This document shows positions 53,650 through 63,843 of a stretch of 64,000 nt of DNA, in pieces; position 1 is the stretch's first letter, and each line of letters starts with the position of its first letter. This DNA is from Candidatus Methanomethylicia archaeon (GTDB lineage Archaea > Thermoproteota > Methanomethylicia > Nezhaarchaeales > B40-G2), in contig JAPDJI010000001.1 in NCBI GenBank assembly GCA_029259155.1, positions 8,042-72,041 on the forward strand, in the 5' to 3' direction. Both the position numbers and the translations under genes were made by a program. A model generated the notes under the pieces. It saw only the letters and a list, made by a program, of their open reading frames with translations. It searched no databases and was not told where the DNA came from.

Positions 53650-56034
53650 ATGCAGGGACAAGGACAAAGCTACACATTGAAGGTTAAAGACGTACCCTTC
53701 GACCTTTATCTCATCGACCTCCTCAAGGCAGATGATGCGATGTTAATGAAGATCAGCGACGAAATGGGGTTATCGTTAAGCCTAGAGGAAATGAAGGTTA
53801 TTCAACGACACTATAAAGATCTCAAGCGACTACCAACCGACGTGGAGCTCCAGTCTCTGGGACAAGTATGGTCGGAGCATTGTTTTCACAAGACGTTTAA
53901 AGGTTATGTGATGGCAGGGCGTACGCGTGTGAAGAACATGCTTAGGCGCTTCATAGCTAAGGTCGTAGCGGAGCTTAAGCCTGAGTGGTGCGTGTCGGTC
54001 TTTGAGGATAATGCTGGGATCGTGGATTTTGGTGATGGTTACGCCGTAGCTATTAAGGTGGAGACTCATAACCATCCTTCAGCTATAGAGCCTTTTGGCG
54101 GCGCGGCTACGGGCGTAGGCGGAGTGATTAGGGATATCCTTGGAGTTTGGGGTGATCCGATAGCTAATACGGATGTGCTGTGTTTTGGCCCGCTTGACTA
54201 CAGTTACGAGAAGCTTCCTCGAGGGGTTAAGCATCCTCGCTACCTTTATAGGGGTGTTGTGGCTGGGATCGGCAATTACGGCAATAACATGGGCATTCCT
54301 ACGGTGAACGGAGCAATCGTATTCGATGAGGGGTACGTGGGTAACGTCGTAGTTTACTGTGGCTGTGTGGGGATCTTACCTATTGATAGGTACTTGAAGT
54401 GGGCTAGAGAGGGTGATTGCTTGGTGCTTGCAGGCGGTAGGACTGGACGTGATGGGATACATGGTGTAACTTTTGCTTCAGCCGAGCTTACTGAGGAGTC
54501 AGAGGAGGTTTCTAGGCCAGCAGTGCAGATACCTAATCCTATCGAGGAGGAGAGGCTTAAGAGAGCTATCTTAAGGATTAGGGATGAAGGATTAGCCACT
54601 GCTGTGACTGACCTAGGCGGTGGAGGGGTTTCCTGCGCTGTTAGCGAGACTGCTCACCGTTTCGGGCTTGGAGCTCAAGTATGGCTGGAGAAGATTCCGT
54701 TAAAGTATCCAGGACTGGCACCATGGGAGATCTGGCTGTCAGAATCTCAGGAGCGCATGTTACTGGTCTCGCCGCCTGATAAGGTAGACCGTTGCCTTGA
54801 AGCCTTCGAGGACGAAGAGGTTGAAGCCAACATCATAGGTAGGCTTACAGGTACCGGAGAGCTCTGCGTAGACTACCTTGGATACCGCGTAGCTACCTTG
54901 GACCTAGATTTCTTATTTAAGCCTCCCACTGTCACGAGAAGGGCTGAGTGGACTCCACCTGTCTTCGAAGAACCCTTCTTCAAGCCCCCTAAGGACTTAG
55001 GCGAGACCTTGCTTAAGCTCCTTTCCTCCCCTAACGTTTGTAGTAAGGAGGAGGCTGTTAGGACCTATGACCATGAAGTGAAAGGAGCCACTGCCGTTAA
55101 GCCATTCCAAGGGTTGAGGGCTGGTCCCAACGACGCAGCTGTGTTGAAGCCTATAGTATCTTCTTGGAGAGGGATAGTGGTTTCCTGCGGCATTAAGCCT
55201 CGTTACGGTAAGATAGATCCCTACTGGATGGCGGCTTCGTCCATAGACGAAGCTATTAGGAATAACGTGGCGGTAGGCGGTAGACGAATAGCTTTGCTCG
55301 ATAACTTTACGTGGGGCAACCCTGAGAAACCCGATAGGATGGGCGGCCTCTTAAGGGCTGTGAAGGCGTGCTACAGGCTCGCTAAGGCTTATGGTACGCC
55401 TTTCATATCAGGTAAGGATAGCCTATATAATGAATCCCCCCTAGGACCTGTTACCCCCACGCTACTCATAACAGCTTTAGGCATAATACCTGACGTTAGG
55501 CTCGCCGTCACCTCAGACCTTAAGAGGCCAGGTAACCCATTATACCTCGTCGGCTTTACGAAGGCTGAGCTGGGCGGCTCCGAGTACTATTCATTAATGA
55601 ACATCCTCGGTAGGTCAGTGCCTAAGGTGTACATGCCTATGGCTAAGAGGCTGGTTGAGGCGATGGTTGAAGCTATCGACCAGCAGCTCGTTAAGGCTTG
55701 CCACGACCTCTCTGAAGGTGGTTTAGGCGTAGCGGCAGCTGAGATGGCTATAGGTGGAGGGTTAGGGATGGAACTATACCTAGCTCAGGTGCCTAGGCCT
55801 AAGTCTCTTAGACGCGATGACTTCATCCTATTCTCAGAATCGAATACCCGTTTCCTCGTGGAGGTTAAGGCAGATGCTGAGGAGGAGTTTGAGAAGGTTA
55901 TGCGTGGTGTTCCACACGGTAAGGTGGGACAAGTTCTACGTGAGCCAACGTTAGTGGTTAGAGGCGTAAGTGGAAAGTTACTGATGGAAGTAGAGGTGAG
56001 CGAAGCTGAGAAGGCGTGGAAGAGGCGTCTTTAG
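53650..56034 (+). CDS. purL: phosphoribosylformylglycinamidine synthase II (small PurL)
   Basis: 794 aa with two AIRS-like repeats (VWSEHCFHKTF, GGAATGVGG). Confidence 0.9.
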   Translation: MQGQGQSYTLKVKDVPFDLYLIDLLKADDAMLMKISDEMGLSLSLEEMKVIQRHYKDLKRLPTDVELQSLGQVWSEHCFHKTFKGYVMAGRTRVKNMLRRFIAKVVAELKPEWCVSVFEDNAGIVDFGDGYAVAIKVETHNHPSAIEPFGGAATGVGGVIRDILGVWGDPIANTDVLCFGPLDYSYEKLPRGVKHPRYLYRGVVAGIGNYGNNMGIPTVNGAIVFDEGYVGNVVVYCGCVGILPIDRYLKWAREGDCLVLAGGRTGRDGIHGVTFASAELTEESEEVSRPAVQIPNPIEEERLKRAILRIRDEGLATAVTDLGGGGVSCAVSETAHRFGLGAQVWLEKIPLKYPGLAPWEIWLSESQERMLLVSPPDKVDRCLEAFEDEEVEANIIGRLTGTGELCVDYLGYRVATLDLDFLFKPPTVTRRAEWTPPVFEEPFFKPPKDLGETLLKLLSSPNVCSKEEAVRTYDHEVKGATAVKPFQGLRAGPNDAAVLKPIVSSWRGIVVSCGIKPRYGKIDPYWMAASSIDEAIRNNVAVGGRRIALLDNFTWGNPEKPDRMGGLLRAVKACYRLAKAYGTPFISGKDSLYNESPLGPVTPTLLITALGIIPDVRLAVTSDLKRPGNPLYLVGFTKAELGGSEYYSLMNILGRSVPKVYMPMAKRLVEAMVEAIDQQLVKACHDLSEGGLGVAAAEMAIGGGLGMELYLAQVPRPKSLRRDDFILFSESNTRFLVEVKADAEEEFEKVMRGVPHGKVGQVLREPTLVVRGVSGKLLMEVEVSEAEKAWKRRL

Positions 56035-56618
56035 GCTTGGTCGATGATGCAGCGTTTAAGTTAACTGAGCTTATTGCCTCCTGCAAGGCGTGTAGCACTG
56101 TGGATAAACCCCTCATTAAGTATGGAGCATACACCAAGTGGCTCCCTGAACGTGTTAAGGTGTTAGCTATAGGCGAGTCTCCTCCGCCCGGCTGCAAGGA
56201 AACAGTTTTCTATAACTTAGGTCTGTTTGACCGCTTTAGGTTGTCGATGAAACTTGTACTAGGCTTAAACGACGATGAAGGTATATTAAAGCTCTTTAAG
56301 TCGAAGGGAGTTTTCGTCACCGGCGCAGTTAAATGTAGACCTCCTAGCAGGGATTTTCTTGAAGAAATGAGGAAACGCTGTGTCTCTCTTCTCAGGGCGG
56401 AGCTGGAGCTTCTTAAGCCAAATAGAGTGGTAGCTATGGGTAAAACTGCAGCTGCCTCTATTTCAGAGCTGCTCGGGGTTAAAAGGTCCTTCAAGGTTGA
56501 TGAGCTGTTTGAGCTTAAACAGGGCAATCTCCACGTTGTCTTTACTCCGCATCCTAACTATATCTTCAGGTTTAGGAGGGATCTTGCACCTAAGCTTAAA
56601 GCTCTACTCACTTCCTAG
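56016..56618 (+). CDS. uracil-DNA glycosylase superfamily protein
   Basis: VLAIGESPPPG (compare GEAPG of family 4/5), the late motif HPNYIFR (compare HPS/HPAA) and N-terminal CKAC cysteines. Confidence 0.6.
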   Translation: MEEASLGLVDDAAFKLTELIASCKACSTVDKPLIKYGAYTKWLPERVKVLAIGESPPPGCKETVFYNLGLFDRFRLSMKLVLGLNDDEGILKLFKSKGVFVTGAVKCRPPSRDFLEEMRKRCVSLLRAELELLKPNRVVAMGKTAAASISELLGVKRSFKVDELFELKQGNLHVVFTPHPNYIFRFRRDLAPKLKALLTS

Positions 56619-57857
56619 GACCTCGCCTTTCATCATCTTCTCTAACGTTTTCAGTTTGACTTCCTCCAATACTTCCCTTAAGGGCCTACGCTGCTCAATG
56701 GCTATGCGTTTCAGGTCCTCGAACTCAGGCTTCACGTTAAGCAGTCTTCCTGAAGGGTCTCTAGATACCTTTACCTTAACCTTCTGTTGTTCGCCGCCGA
56801 CCTCTACTCTTAACTCAACTTCCTCCCTCTCTGCGATCACTCTAGGCTCCTCACGGACCCTGACGCCTAGCGTGCCGGTCTCGTTCATTAAAGTCTCCAC
56901 CAGGTCTAAGTAACCCTCAGGCTTAGCTAGGACTTTAACTTGAAAGCTGGGCCTACCTTTCTTTCCTAAAGCTGGGATGACGTATACGTCGAGGGCACCC
57001 GTCTTCATAAGCTTCTCCGCTAAGTAACCAACTACCTCTCCTGTTACATCGTCTAAGCCTGTTTCAAGCACCATAACCCTATCCATGGAAATAGCGTGAG
57101 CGGACCCTTCCACCATCCTTAAGACGTTGGGTATCCCTCCCAGCTCTTTTACCCCAGCTCCATAGCCGACCTTCTCCACTTTCATTGGTGGATAAAGGTC
57201 CACCACTTTTTCTGCTAGGTTGGTTAAGATAGCTATCCCTGTAGGGGTCGTCAACTCTTCGTCGATGGAGACCTGTACGAAGGGGTAACGATGTTTTCTA
57301 AGGATCTCAAGGGTAGCTGGGGCAGGTCCTCTAAGCTCTGCATGAGGCAACTTGATGACACCTCCGCCCAACACCGGGGGTGTAGCATAAACCTCAACTT
57401 GGCCTAGGAAGCCTGCCTCGTCGAGAAGGATGGCAGAGCCCACTACGTCTATGAAAGTGTCTGGGGAAGAAAGCTGGTGTAGCTCTACGTCACCCTCCGT
57501 ACCGTGGACTCGCTGCTCAGCCTCCGCTAGGTCCTCCATCACTTTAAGGGCATATCTGGAGGCCCGCTCAGAAGCTCTAGCTTCCCTACAAACTTTACGC
57601 GTAGTCTCCAACGCTTCAGAAGCCTTCAGAGAATAATGCCTAGGCTCTACATCAACCTTAACCAGCTTAGCCCTCAATCCACCTCTCGAGGTCTCCGAAA
57701 CTTCCACCTTTAACTCTCCGTGAAGGTTTAATGAAACCTCCACGGCCTCAACAACCCTATGTAGCGGCTCTGTCTTACCTAATAGGTCTATGAGGGCTGC
57801 GAGGAACATGTCTCCAGCCACACCAGCTATTCTCGCATCTATTACTAATACTCGCAT
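56604..57857 (-). CDS. larC: LarC/DUF111 family protein (nickel-pincer cofactor Ni-insertion enzyme family)
   Basis: N-terminal MRVLVIDARIAGVAGDMFLAALIDLLGK is the DUF111 signature. 417 aa. Confidence 0.7.
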   Translation of the reverse strand: MRVLVIDARIAGVAGDMFLAALIDLLGKTEPLHRVVEAVEVSLNLHGELKVEVSETSRGGLRAKLVKVDVEPRHYSLKASEALETTRKVCREARASERASRYALKVMEDLAEAEQRVHGTEGDVELHQLSSPDTFIDVVGSAILLDEAGFLGQVEVYATPPVLGGGVIKLPHAELRGPAPATLEILRKHRYPFVQVSIDEELTTPTGIAILTNLAEKVVDLYPPMKVEKVGYGAGVKELGGIPNVLRMVEGSAHAISMDRVMVLETGLDDVTGEVVGYLAEKLMKTGALDVYVIPALGKKGRPSFQVKVLAKPEGYLDLVETLMNETGTLGVRVREEPRVIAEREEVELRVEVGGEQQKVKVKVSRDPSGRLLNVKPEFEDLKRIAIEQRRPLREVLEEVKLKTLEKMMKGEVLGSE

Positions 57858-57915
57858 CTACCTCGCCTCAAATCACTAATCAACCTTAAAGCTAATTAAC
57901 GCTGCTTACCCTTTC

Positions 57916-58746
57916 TTGGCTGGCGGAGCAGACTTGAAGAAGGTTAAGACCTGTGTTCTTAGGGTTGGAGGTACTAACTGCGACTGGGAGACGAAGGTGG
58001 CTTTTGAGGAGGCTGGTGCCGAGGCTGAAGTGTTACATATGAAGAAGATCTTAGAGAAGGGGATCGACAGCTATCATATACTAGTTATACCTGGAGGTTT
58101 CTCCTACGGAGACTATGTTAGAGCGGGTGCTATATGGGCGAAGAAACTTGCCTCTAAGCTGGGAGATCGCTTAACCAAGTTCGTAGAGGAAGGTCGCTTA
58201 GTACTAGGTATATGTAACGGTTTTCAGGTGTTGGTGGAGTCAGGTTTTCTCCCTGGATTTGAAGGGACAAGCGAGGTGCCTCAAGCCTCGTTAACAGTTA
58301 ACGCATCGGCTAAATTTGAGTGTCGCTGGGTGCATCTTAAACATGTCAACAATGGCCGATGCGTATTCACCAAGCTTATCCCTAAGGAGGCGGTCTTGAG
58401 AATGCCTGTGGCTCATGCGGAGGGTCGTTTCATCCTGTCCAAAGATAAGGAGGAGGAGTACCTTGCAAAACTTTATGGAGGGGATCAGGTGGTCTTCAGG
58501 TACTGCGATGAGAATGGTAAACCCGCTGAAGGTAGATATCCCTATAACCCTAATGGAAGCCTCCACGATATCGCCGGTATCTGTAACCCTCAAGGAAACG
58601 TGTTTGGCTTGATGCCACATCCTGAGAGGGCCTACTTCGGCTGGCAGCTACCTGACTGGACACGTTTCGACGAGCCACCTACTTATGGTGACGGCATGCT
58701 TATCTTTAAGGCCGCTGTTGAGTATGCTCAAAGAAACCTTGCTTAA
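57916..58746 (+). CDS. purQ: phosphoribosylformylglycinamidine synthase glutamine amidotransferase subunit
   Basis: Type-1 GATase with GICNGFQ (the Cys nucleophile) and the His/Glu region HPE. Confidence 0.85.
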   Translation: MAGGADLKKVKTCVLRVGGTNCDWETKVAFEEAGAEAEVLHMKKILEKGIDSYHILVIPGGFSYGDYVRAGAIWAKKLASKLGDRLTKFVEEGRLVLGICNGFQVLVESGFLPGFEGTSEVPQASLTVNASAKFECRWVHLKHVNNGRCVFTKLIPKEAVLRMPVAHAEGRFILSKDKEEEYLAKLYGGDQVVFRYCDENGKPAEGRYPYNPNGSLHDIAGICNPQGNVFGLMPHPERAYFGWQLPDWTRFDEPPTYGDGMLIFKAAVEYAQRNLA

Positions 58747-58840
58747 CTGATCGTAGCCCTAGGTCCTTTAAATACAGTCTTCGCTCAACCAGAGACGCTT
58801 CCGTGAAAGCTTATAAGCTACGTAGGCAAAAGCAAGGTAC

Positions 58841-59122
58841 ATGCCTTCAGCCTGTGGGATTGCATGTGAGGTTTGTGGTGGTCGTGCTAAAGGTACTTGT
58901 CCTATAGGAGGTTGCGTACCTGGTACTCAAGCTGCTGATAAACTAGAAGCTCAAAGAAAGATACTGGGCTTCACGTGCCCTATCCTTGAATGCGCCCTTA
59001 AACATGGCGTAGATCATTGTTCGAGAGACTGCCCAGATTTTCCTTGCGAGAAGTATTATCAGATGGAGATACCTTATAGCAAGAAGTTCTTGGACATCTT
59101 AAAGAAGGTGCTTAAGCATTAG
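58841..59122 (+). CDS. small Cys-rich protein (metal-binding, DUF3795-like)
   Basis: 93 aa with 12 Cys (CGIACEVCGG...C...C...C). Confidence 0.35.
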   Translation: MPSACGIACEVCGGRAKGTCPIGGCVPGTQAADKLEAQRKILGFTCPILECALKHGVDHCSRDCPDFPCEKYYQMEIPYSKKFLDILKKVLKH

Positions 59123-59231
59123 AGAAGAGCTAAGGCTTTCAGTAAACCTGATACTATGAGGATGGCTCTGTAAGCCCTTTAAATGGGCTTTAAAGCCCAT
59201 GTCCTTTACTCTAATCTCTTTCCTTGACGTT

Positions 59232-59924
59232 TTAGTCTTCAATCTCTGTTTTTAGTTCTTTCAAGAAGGCTTTAAGGAACCTTGTTCTTCTCTCGGCCTC
59301 TTTTCTCCCCCTCTTCGTTTTCATAGCCTTCTTTAACTTTAAGAGTTTAGTGTAGAAGTGATCTAATGTATATTTATCGTCGTCGAGCTCCCTTTTCTCA
59401 GCGAAGGGGTCTTCAAAGTGGTACAATGACCTGCCTCTTGTTGCCCCAAAAGCTATGGCCCTTAGTACACCTATTGCGCCCAGAGCATCGAGCATGTCTG
59501 CATCCTTAAGCACAGCGGCTTCCGGGCTTCTAGGAGCCATATTAGCTGTGTAGCGATGTCCCTTTATAGCTTCGATTACCTTGTTCATCTTGGCTTCTGG
59601 GAAACCTACCTCTTCTAAGAGTTGATGGGCAAGCTCTGCGGAGACCTCGGCATGGTCGCCCTCTAGCCTGAGAGCTCTAGCTAAGTCATGAAGCAGCGCA
59701 GCAGCTTCAACCACCTCTACATCGATTTCCTCATCTTCAGCCAGCTTCCTAGCCAGTTTTCTAACTCTCAGAGCATGTGTGAGCCCATGTCCATCCACGT
59801 CAACATCCTTCAGCAGCTCCTTTATCTTCCTCTCTAACATCGTTATCGGATGGGTCTTCAAGCGGCGTCCTCCGGATAATATTGAACCTTCAAGAATTAA
59901 CTTTATTGCGGCGCAGATTCCCAA
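59232..59924 (-). CDS. HD domain phosphohydrolase
   Basis: HALRV...LLHDLAR is the HD motif. Confidence 0.7.
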   Translation of the reverse strand: MGICAAIKLILEGSILSGGRRLKTHPITMLERKIKELLKDVDVDGHGLTHALRVRKLARKLAEDEEIDVEVVEAAALLHDLARALRLEGDHAEVSAELAHQLLEEVGFPEAKMNKVIEAIKGHRYTANMAPRSPEAAVLKDADMLDALGAIGVLRAIAFGATRGRSLYHFEDPFAEKRELDDDKYTLDHFYTKLLKLKKAMKTKRGRKEAERRTRFLKAFLKELKTEIED

Positions 59925-60915
59925 CCCCTTCCTCCTTCACCTTGATTATGTCCTCTCTACTCACCTCTCCTTTTTCAAGGTACACTCTGTATAGATCTTC
60001 TTCTAAGTCGAGCTCTGTATACACCCCGAGCTCATGTAGTTTTTCATTTGCTTCTCTCAGGTCTTTTGCGTTGGCAAGGGCTTTTGCCATAGGGGAAGCC
60101 TTGTAGAGCTTTAACGGATCTAGGAAAAAGGTTATGGCGTTTATTATGGTTAACCTTACGCCTCGAGTAGCTGCTCTAAGCGACTTATATCCATATGAAC
60201 CTTTAAACGCCTCTAGCGGTAAAACACTGGATTCTGTTTTTACTTGTTTCACTACTTTTTCAAGCACTTCAGCTCCTTCCTTACCCATCCCAATGGCTCC
60301 AAGGTAACCTCCTCTTGAAGCAACTGAACTAATTCTCTTGGCTAACCGCTGAACCTTAAGCTCTCCATCAACCCCCAGTCCATGTACAGCTAGGATGGTC
60401 TTAAAACCCTTCATTTCAAGCTTTGCAAGGCAAGCTAGCATAACTTGATCTGCCAAAGGGCTCCATAGATCTTTCTCGAGGCCTGTTGCTAATACGTCTC
60501 CTCCTACATCAACGCCGAGTATGGCTTCAAATCGGCTTTTCACGAAGGTGTGTAGGGACTCTATTAGCCTCATAGGCCCTGGCCATAGATCGATAGCTAA
60601 GGCTTCTTCATTTAGAAGATCAGCTACTTGAGCTAGCTGAGGCTTAAAGACTCCACATCCTCTTAGAGCTCTGGTTTCCCCTGTAGCCCATCCTAGGCCA
60701 ACATCTACTTGTCTTAGCGGCTCCAACTCATTTAAAGCGATAGGGCCAGGAATAGGATCTATAGGAAAACGCTCCCACACAACGCCTCCTATAATAGGTT
60801 TTGCTTTAAGAAGCTGTAACCAGAAGTGGATTAAAGAAGCAGTAGCTACGTCCCCTCCACCGCCTATGCCTAAAACAAGGACCCGTTTCCATCTCAGCTT
60901 TAGTAGCTCCTCCAA
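59890..60915 (-). CDS. DUF1152-like protein with N-terminal Gly-rich loop
   Basis: RVLVLGIGGGGDVATASL. 341 aa. Family recalled from memory. Confidence 0.4.
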   Translation of the reverse strand: MEELLKLRWKRVLVLGIGGGGDVATASLIHFWLQLLKAKPIIGGVVWERFPIDPIPGPIALNELEPLRQVDVGLGWATGETRALRGCGVFKPQLAQVADLLNEEALAIDLWPGPMRLIESLHTFVKSRFEAILGVDVGGDVLATGLEKDLWSPLADQVMLACLAKLEMKGFKTILAVHGLGVDGELKVQRLAKRISSVASRGGYLGAIGMGKEGAEVLEKVVKQVKTESSVLPLEAFKGSYGYKSLRAATRGVRLTIINAITFFLDPLKLYKASPMAKALANAKDLREANEKLHELGVYTELDLEEDLYRVYLEKGEVSREDIIKVKEEGVGNLRRNKVNS

Positions 60916-60932
60916 CCTTTCCCCCTTTATCT

Positions 60933-62441
60933 TTAATAATGCTTTAGACCATGTTTCCTGGCTTCCTCCATCCTTGCGTTAAACTCCTCCCACGTCATAG
61001 CGAAACGTCTTTCGATGGAGGGGCGATGGATGGTGTTCATGGAGCAGAATGGTATTATCCTGCCGTCAGGGATGCCGTAGTGTATTACACAGCGCTGTAC
61101 GCGTTCGAGGTCAAAGTTATAAGCGTCCATGAAATGCATGGACGCTATCAAGATAGCGTTGAAGTGGAAGTCCCGTAGTGACTCGTAGGTCCCGGTCTTC
61201 AGTATAGGCCATATAAGCCTTCTCAACAACCCCCACTTTACGTGTCGGAGGGAGGATAGGAGCCTCATCTTAGCCCTAAGTTTATGTCCCTGCTTAGCCT
61301 GCTCGTAGGCTTGCTCCATCTTCTTCATAAAAGCCTCCACGTTGACCTTCCTGGTGATGGGAATCATCTTTTCTCCGCTCTCCTCGATGAATATATACGT
61401 GGCCATACCGCAGTGGGGATGCGCTGTGAACTCGGCGCCGTAACGATGGTTTTTGAGGGCGCCTATTGCTTTAGGTATGGGGACAACGAAGGGGACGGGG
61501 TACCAGTCACTAGTTTTTATCTGTCCGCCGGTCTGCTCTTCGGCCAGCTTCATGAGGTCTGGTATGGTTATGCGCATTTGTCTTAATTGCATCTTATCTA
61601 TCCTGCCACATATTGAGACCGGCTGGAAGTTTACGCATCTAATTACATCGGCGTTCTTGGCTGCGAACTTTATGATATCCCCTACCTGGTGGTCGTTGAC
61701 CCCTCTCACTAGCGTTGGCACCAATACGACAGCGTCGAAGCCTATTTTCCTACAGTTCTCTATAACCTTCTTCTTCACCTCTAAGAGGTCTACCCCTCTT
61801 GTCTTAATGTAGACGTCGCTAGTCACGCCGTCAAACTGGAGGTATATGGCATTAGCTCCAGCGTCCACCAGTTCACGGCAGTAGTCTAGGCTTTGAGCAA
61901 GTTTGATTCCATTGGTGTTGACTTCGATGTGATGAAAACCTGCTTTATCGGCGTACTCTATGAGTTCAGGAAGGTCTTCACGAACGGTGGGTTCTCCACC
62001 GCTAAATTGAAGTCCTGGAGGCTTAGCGGGTTCATTGGAGCGCAGATTATCTATTATCTGCTTTATTTCTTCTGAGGAGGGTTCATACACATAGCCAGCC
62101 GCTCCAGCGTTAGCGAAGCAGATGGGGCACCTCAAGTTACATCTATTAGTCACATCTATGATCGCCAACACGGTGAAGGACTTATGCTCATTACATATCC
62201 CACAGTCGAAGGGGCAACCCTTCTCTCGCTTAGTTCTCGGATTGGCCAGCCCATCCCCCACATGCTCGAATTGGAGTACCCTCATGTATTCCTCATAGCT
62301 TGACCAATAAACATCCTCGAACTCTCCGTGTTCCGGACACGTCTTAGAGATGTAGACGACTCCTCCCTTCTCGTATACCTTAGCGTCTATGACTCTAAGG
62401 CACTCAGGACATAAGCTCTTAGTGTCCTTTAGGTGTTTCAA
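60933..62441 (-). CDS. radical SAM protein with N-terminal rubredoxin-like Cys4 and C-terminal extension (tetraether lipid synthase Tes/GDGT-MAS-like)
   Basis: CPEC-x17-CPEHG, then CPFDCGIC, then the radical SAM core CNLRCPIC, FSGGEP and EVNTNG. About 200 aa of C-terminal domain. 502 aa. Confidence 0.6.
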   Translation of the reverse strand: MKHLKDTKSLCPECLRVIDAKVYEKGGVVYISKTCPEHGEFEDVYWSSYEEYMRVLQFEHVGDGLANPRTKREKGCPFDCGICNEHKSFTVLAIIDVTNRCNLRCPICFANAGAAGYVYEPSSEEIKQIIDNLRSNEPAKPPGLQFSGGEPTVREDLPELIEYADKAGFHHIEVNTNGIKLAQSLDYCRELVDAGANAIYLQFDGVTSDVYIKTRGVDLLEVKKKVIENCRKIGFDAVVLVPTLVRGVNDHQVGDIIKFAAKNADVIRCVNFQPVSICGRIDKMQLRQMRITIPDLMKLAEEQTGGQIKTSDWYPVPFVVPIPKAIGALKNHRYGAEFTAHPHCGMATYIFIEESGEKMIPITRKVNVEAFMKKMEQAYEQAKQGHKLRAKMRLLSSLRHVKWGLLRRLIWPILKTGTYESLRDFHFNAILIASMHFMDAYNFDLERVQRCVIHYGIPDGRIIPFCSMNTIHRPSIERRFAMTWEEFNARMEEARKHGLKHY

Positions 62442-62563
62442 GGCACATCGCCGTTGTCGACTGAACGTTATATCCCTTCACGCCTCGTTATAACGCTTAC
62501 CCCAAGCTCGCCTTCCCTTAACCTTTTAAAGCCTCTCTACCTCTATGATTAAATGGTGCAACT

Positions 62564-63004
62564 ATGAGCATAAATTTGCGGTATATGTCAAAGAAAGGCG
62601 TGGAGAAGAGCGTTAGAGCCCCCATTGAAACCTACGAGTACTTGTTGAGCAATAGAGGTCGCTGGGAAGTGTTGATAGCGGACGAGGAAAAAGAAGTAAG
62701 AGCTGGGCTTTGTCATCTAGTAAAGATTAAGCCTATTGAGCTACATCCGGAAGAAATAGTGTTACCATGCCCAACAAATAGACATGTATTGGGATCGGTG
62801 ATTTCGGTAGGTAGGAGTGCTGGTAGGGTTCAACGTGTTGAAGAGAGGAGGAAGTTCGACGTAGCTATTTTCGCTGCGGTGAGAGATGGCACCATTTACG
62901 CGGGGGATAATATAGGGGTACTTAACGTGTTCCCGCAGGCTACGTTAATCTCGAGGGTTGTTCCGCCTCCAGGCTTCCGTAGCCCTCCTCCGCCTTATAG
63001 GTAA
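62564..63004 (+). CDS. hypothetical protein
   Basis: 146 aa ORF with a Pro-rich C-terminus. Confidence 0.3.
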   Translation: MSINLRYMSKKGVEKSVRAPIETYEYLLSNRGRWEVLIADEEKEVRAGLCHLVKIKPIELHPEEIVLPCPTNRHVLGSVISVGRSAGRVQRVEERRKFDVAIFAAVRDGTIYAGDNIGVLNVFPQATLISRVVPPPGFRSPPPPYR

Positions 63005-63010
63005 ACGTTA

Positions 63011-63322
63011 CTAAATACTGCTTCTTTTTACCCCTATCGCGAGGCCTATTAAGAAATTGATAGACCCTAAGAGCAGCCCGATTCCATAGAGATCAGCGCC
63101 TAAAGGATTCATTAGTGACGACTGTATCAGCTGAACTAGTTCTGTTAGTCTCTCGCTTCTCAACTCGAAGATGCCAATGCTTAATGATAGGTAAGTTAAA
63201 AGGATGGTTAGAGATAGAGCAGTGATGACTGACCCTAGTTTTCTCTTAAAAAGGAATCCTAAGGTAAAGCCCACCGCTCCAGCCACGATAACGTAAATTA
63301 CCGGCGTAATGGAGGCATCCAT
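63011..63322 (-). CDS. small hypothetical membrane protein
   Basis: 103 aa with three hydrophobic helices. Confidence 0.3.
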   Translation of the reverse strand: MDASITPVIYVIVAGAVGFTLGFLFKRKLGSVITALSLTILLTYLSLSIGIFELRSERLTELVQLIQSSLMNPLGADLYGIGLLLGSINFLIGLAIGVKRSSI

Positions 63323-63843
63323 TCATAACACCTCCAGCTTACTGCATCTTCAACTCGACGCTCGTGCACGGGTTCATGGCTGGGCTTAAGCTTATCAAGG
63401 AGATCGCTATACTTTGACTTTAACTTCACTATTTCCTTAAGGTCCTTAAAGGTGAGGAGCCATATCTGATCGTCAACTTCATGAAAGCTTCCCTTTAAAA
63501 GCCTTGAAGCTTCTTCAACCTCCTTAACATCAGAAATGTAAAAACCCTTGGCTTTCCAAAGATCAAAGGCGTGCTTAAGCCCAGCCATGGCCTCTAAAGG
63601 TTCTCCTTTGCGTACGATGAACACATGTGTAGGTTTTCCATCGATCTCTCTCCTCCAGGCAATATCGTATTGAAAACCATCATTCTTTAATCCTTCACTA
63701 ACAGCTAGGCCCTGCTCTTCTCCTAGCTTTCTTATGAATCCAAGCAGCTTTCTTCGCTCACTTTTGCGTAAAACTTCTCCTAGTAGAATTATCGACGCTA
63801 CTGAGGTTACGAACGCTGCTATGAGAGATACTAGATCAGGCAA
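63298..63843 (-). CDS. hypothetical protein with N-terminal TM helix
   Basis: 181 aa. Overlaps the downstream small membrane gene. Confidence 0.3.
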   Translation of the reverse strand: MPDLVSLIAAFVTSVASIILLGEVLRKSERRKLLGFIRKLGEEQGLAVSEGLKNDGFQYDIAWRREIDGKPTHVFIVRKGEPLEAMAGLKHAFDLWKAKGFYISDVKEVEEASRLLKGSFHEVDDQIWLLTFKDLKEIVKLKSKYSDLLDKLKPSHEPVHERRVEDAVSWRCYEWMPPLRR

